Assembly (NCBI GenBank): GCA_030141605.1
Contig: JAQGDQ010000298.1
Coordinates: 62,001-126,000, forward strand
Source: Tubiluchus corallicola
Taxonomy: Eukaryota > Animalia > Priapulida
DNA length: 64,000 bases
Direction of reading: 5' to 3'
The position numbers and the translations under genes are program-made. The notes under the pieces were generated by a model that was not told where the DNA came from, did no database searches, and saw only the letters and a list, made by a program, of their open reading frames with translations. Within the stretch, counting starts at the first letter, position 1. The number at the start of each line of letters is the position of its first letter. Positions 61,924-64,000 of the stretch are shown piece after piece.

Positions 61924-62544
61924 CTTGAGGTCTCCAACCCTTTGCTATTACATTATAAGACTCGCCATAAGCTACAGGTCCTCTGTGGCTCTTGTCTAAA
62001 TGCCAGGTGTCAAGGGGTACTAAATCTTTCAATTTTGTCTCTGGTAGTCTCTGAGGTTGGACGGGACCAACCGATCTCGGCACAGTCGTTTCATCATGCA
62101 CCCATCGTTCAGATTTCTTAGCTTTGTTCGCGAACATTCTTGCCCCTCGACCTTTGTCAGGTTCCCGTAGCATTTTGGAAAGAATGAAGCATTTCTCAGG
62201 ATCTGCCGTCATCTGTTCGTTCATGTCCACATTGTAGATGATGTTCTCTTCGAAAGCGCTCGGTTTGAATATGTGCTTCGGCAGATCGCTAGTAGAAATT
62301 TTCGGAATCCGAAATCGAAAGACGGGACCGTTGCCGTCCGCCATGTCCGGATCTGGATCGTTTTCGACAGTCCACTTAGCCGCCTTCTTCTGGCGCTTGT
62401 AAAACATCTGCGCCCCGCGGGCGTTTCTGTTGTGCGGTGCCGTCAATGACGCCGCAACGTCATGACATAGTTTCACCTGTTCTTGTATAGTCGGATACGT
62501 GTGATTAACTTCATCGTAAAAGTCAGACGAACCGTACAATTTTC
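61924..62544 (-). CDS. Calsarcin/myozenin-synaptopodin family protein, internal exon with two RGAxMF motifs
   Basis: SLTAPHNRNARGAQMFYKRQKKAAKWTVE and KGRGARMFANKAKKSERWVHDE match the calsarcin/synaptopodin-2 KG..(L/M)F.KR..R...(F/Y/W) motif; AG/GT sites phase 1-1; upstream exons not identified, probably beyond the window. Confidence 0.8.
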
Positions 62545-62752
62545 CTATATGATAAGAGATCATCAATTTGGGAAAAGGGAAGTCATTTCAGTGGCTAGCA
62601 AACACTACAGAATCACAAAACTAACCATATCACATGACGAACACATCACTCACCATCACTGTCTTTTAATCACTATGCCTTTTCAAAATCTCAGTATTAT
62701 TATAACACAAGATAGCCTATTAGCACTGTGATCTCCACACGCATGTACACAC

Positions 62753-63068
62753 TAGGGGGAGCATTCTCTACCACAATGCGAATTCGAATCGAATTGAATT
62801 TGTGACTTTTTTGAATTCGAATTGAGTTTTGAAAGATTTTCGAAACACTAGTAAAAAGTGGTCTTACAAAGATCATGCATAGTACTTGATTTTGTTCTGC
62901 TGTAAAACTACTATTAGTTCATTAAAAATTTTGCAGCAAAATTGCGCTATTTGCATGCTGTTTCAACATTTTACTGATAAAGAACACATGTGGCTGAAGT
63001 GCTGAATTATTTGAGTCTATAATTCTAGGTTCGAAAGTTTAGACTCAAACGTTCGAAGCTCACCCCAA
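62753..63068. mobile_element. hAT-like MITE, family B copy 2
   Basis: TAGGGGGAGC ... GCTCACCCCAA; degenerate 8-bp TSD GTACACAC/GTACAGGC; TTCGAATCGAAT subterminal repeats. Confidence 0.65.
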
Positions 63069-64000
63069 GTACAGGCACACACGCGCAAACACAAGTGCAC
63101 ACGTAAACAAAATTTCATATCTAACAAGCCAATTCACGCTGCTACAAATCCTCACAAAGACAATAACTAACTGACAAGATTTTTTCAAAAATCCACGAAA
63201 CTCACAACTGGAAGCACTTGCGAGAGATGTAGAATTGACTACAAGTTCAAAAGAACTAAATGAGTTTTGTCGAACAGACCCTTAATCTTATCCATTGAGG
63301 TAATTCTGAAGGGTTCTGGGCAATGTTTATCCAGAAAATTAACAGGATTAGCAGCTCCCTAATAAGATTCAAGGGACTGATGAATATCAAGGTGACAAGC
63401 CATGGGAACAAAATATAAGGCGCTAGATATATCACAAGATATGCGAAAATCTTCAATAGTACATACTGAAAGCATTCTAATCATGTACTAAAAGTAGAAG
63501 TACAAGATAACAATAACGTACTCTAAACTCAGAAGTACTGCAGTTAGAATGATAAGACAATGCCATCAGAAGATAAGAAGACATGTCCAAAACTAACAAT
63601 AACCTTAGGAATTAGTACCAAGCAGAAGTAAATTACGTTTAAGGAGGCTGTAAATCCTAGAGTAACCCGGAGGCTGTAAATCCTAGAGTAACCCAAATGA
63701 GGAAATATTCAAGAGATTTCGCTTGAATGAAAAGGCAAAGAGATGAAAATACTATAACAGATGCAGATGTAGTTTAGCAGAAACTGGCCAGATGCGAGAG
63801 TCACAACAGCTTGATCATTAAAGGTCAAGCCTTCTGAGAAGTCAGGCTTATTACTATGTTCGCGAAAAATGTTAGAAGGATTTAGTAATAAAACTGCAAT
63901 AAGCGCCTTGTGCAACTAGTAAAATCATTTTAAAGTCACGATCACTTTATGCTTGGGCACATTTTGAATTCTCATTCTTCTTCCAATGACGTCATTTGTC

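Noticed and set aside
1-64000. Prokaryotic defence, phage or operon system
   Set aside because: Spliceosomal introns, metazoan genes and eukaryotic transposons throughout; no operon-like ORF clusters

Overview
AT-rich, intron-containing animal genomic DNA, probably invertebrate; nothing here looks prokaryotic. I reconstructed four spliced protein-coding genes by hand from GT-AG sites and reading-frame phase. (1) A complete 6-exon FUT10/FUT11-type GT10 fucosyltransferase (+, 460-7867, ~449 aa). (2) A ZCCHC7/Air1-Air2 zinc-knuckle gene (-, 26598 to 17604 or 14718) whose last exon can splice in frame to a ~630-aa exon resembling DAXX domains in rearranged order. (3) A 2-exon ~1534-aa C2H2 zinc-finger gene (+, 33753-39104) with an internally duplicated finger cassette. 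(4) The 3' part of a calsarcin/myozenin-synaptopodin-like gene (-, 62544-48100) ending in VTDF. Introns and intergenic DNA hold five long minisatellites, a palindromic 64-bp array, many MITEs (piggyBac, hAT, Tc1/pogo types), three decayed non-LTR retrotransposons, a 5S-rRNA-derived SINE, a TG..CA element nested in a LINE, and hammerhead-ribozyme-like remnants. The best novelty candidate is the putative ZCCHC7-DAXX-like fusion. Family assignments come from recalled motifs, not database searches.
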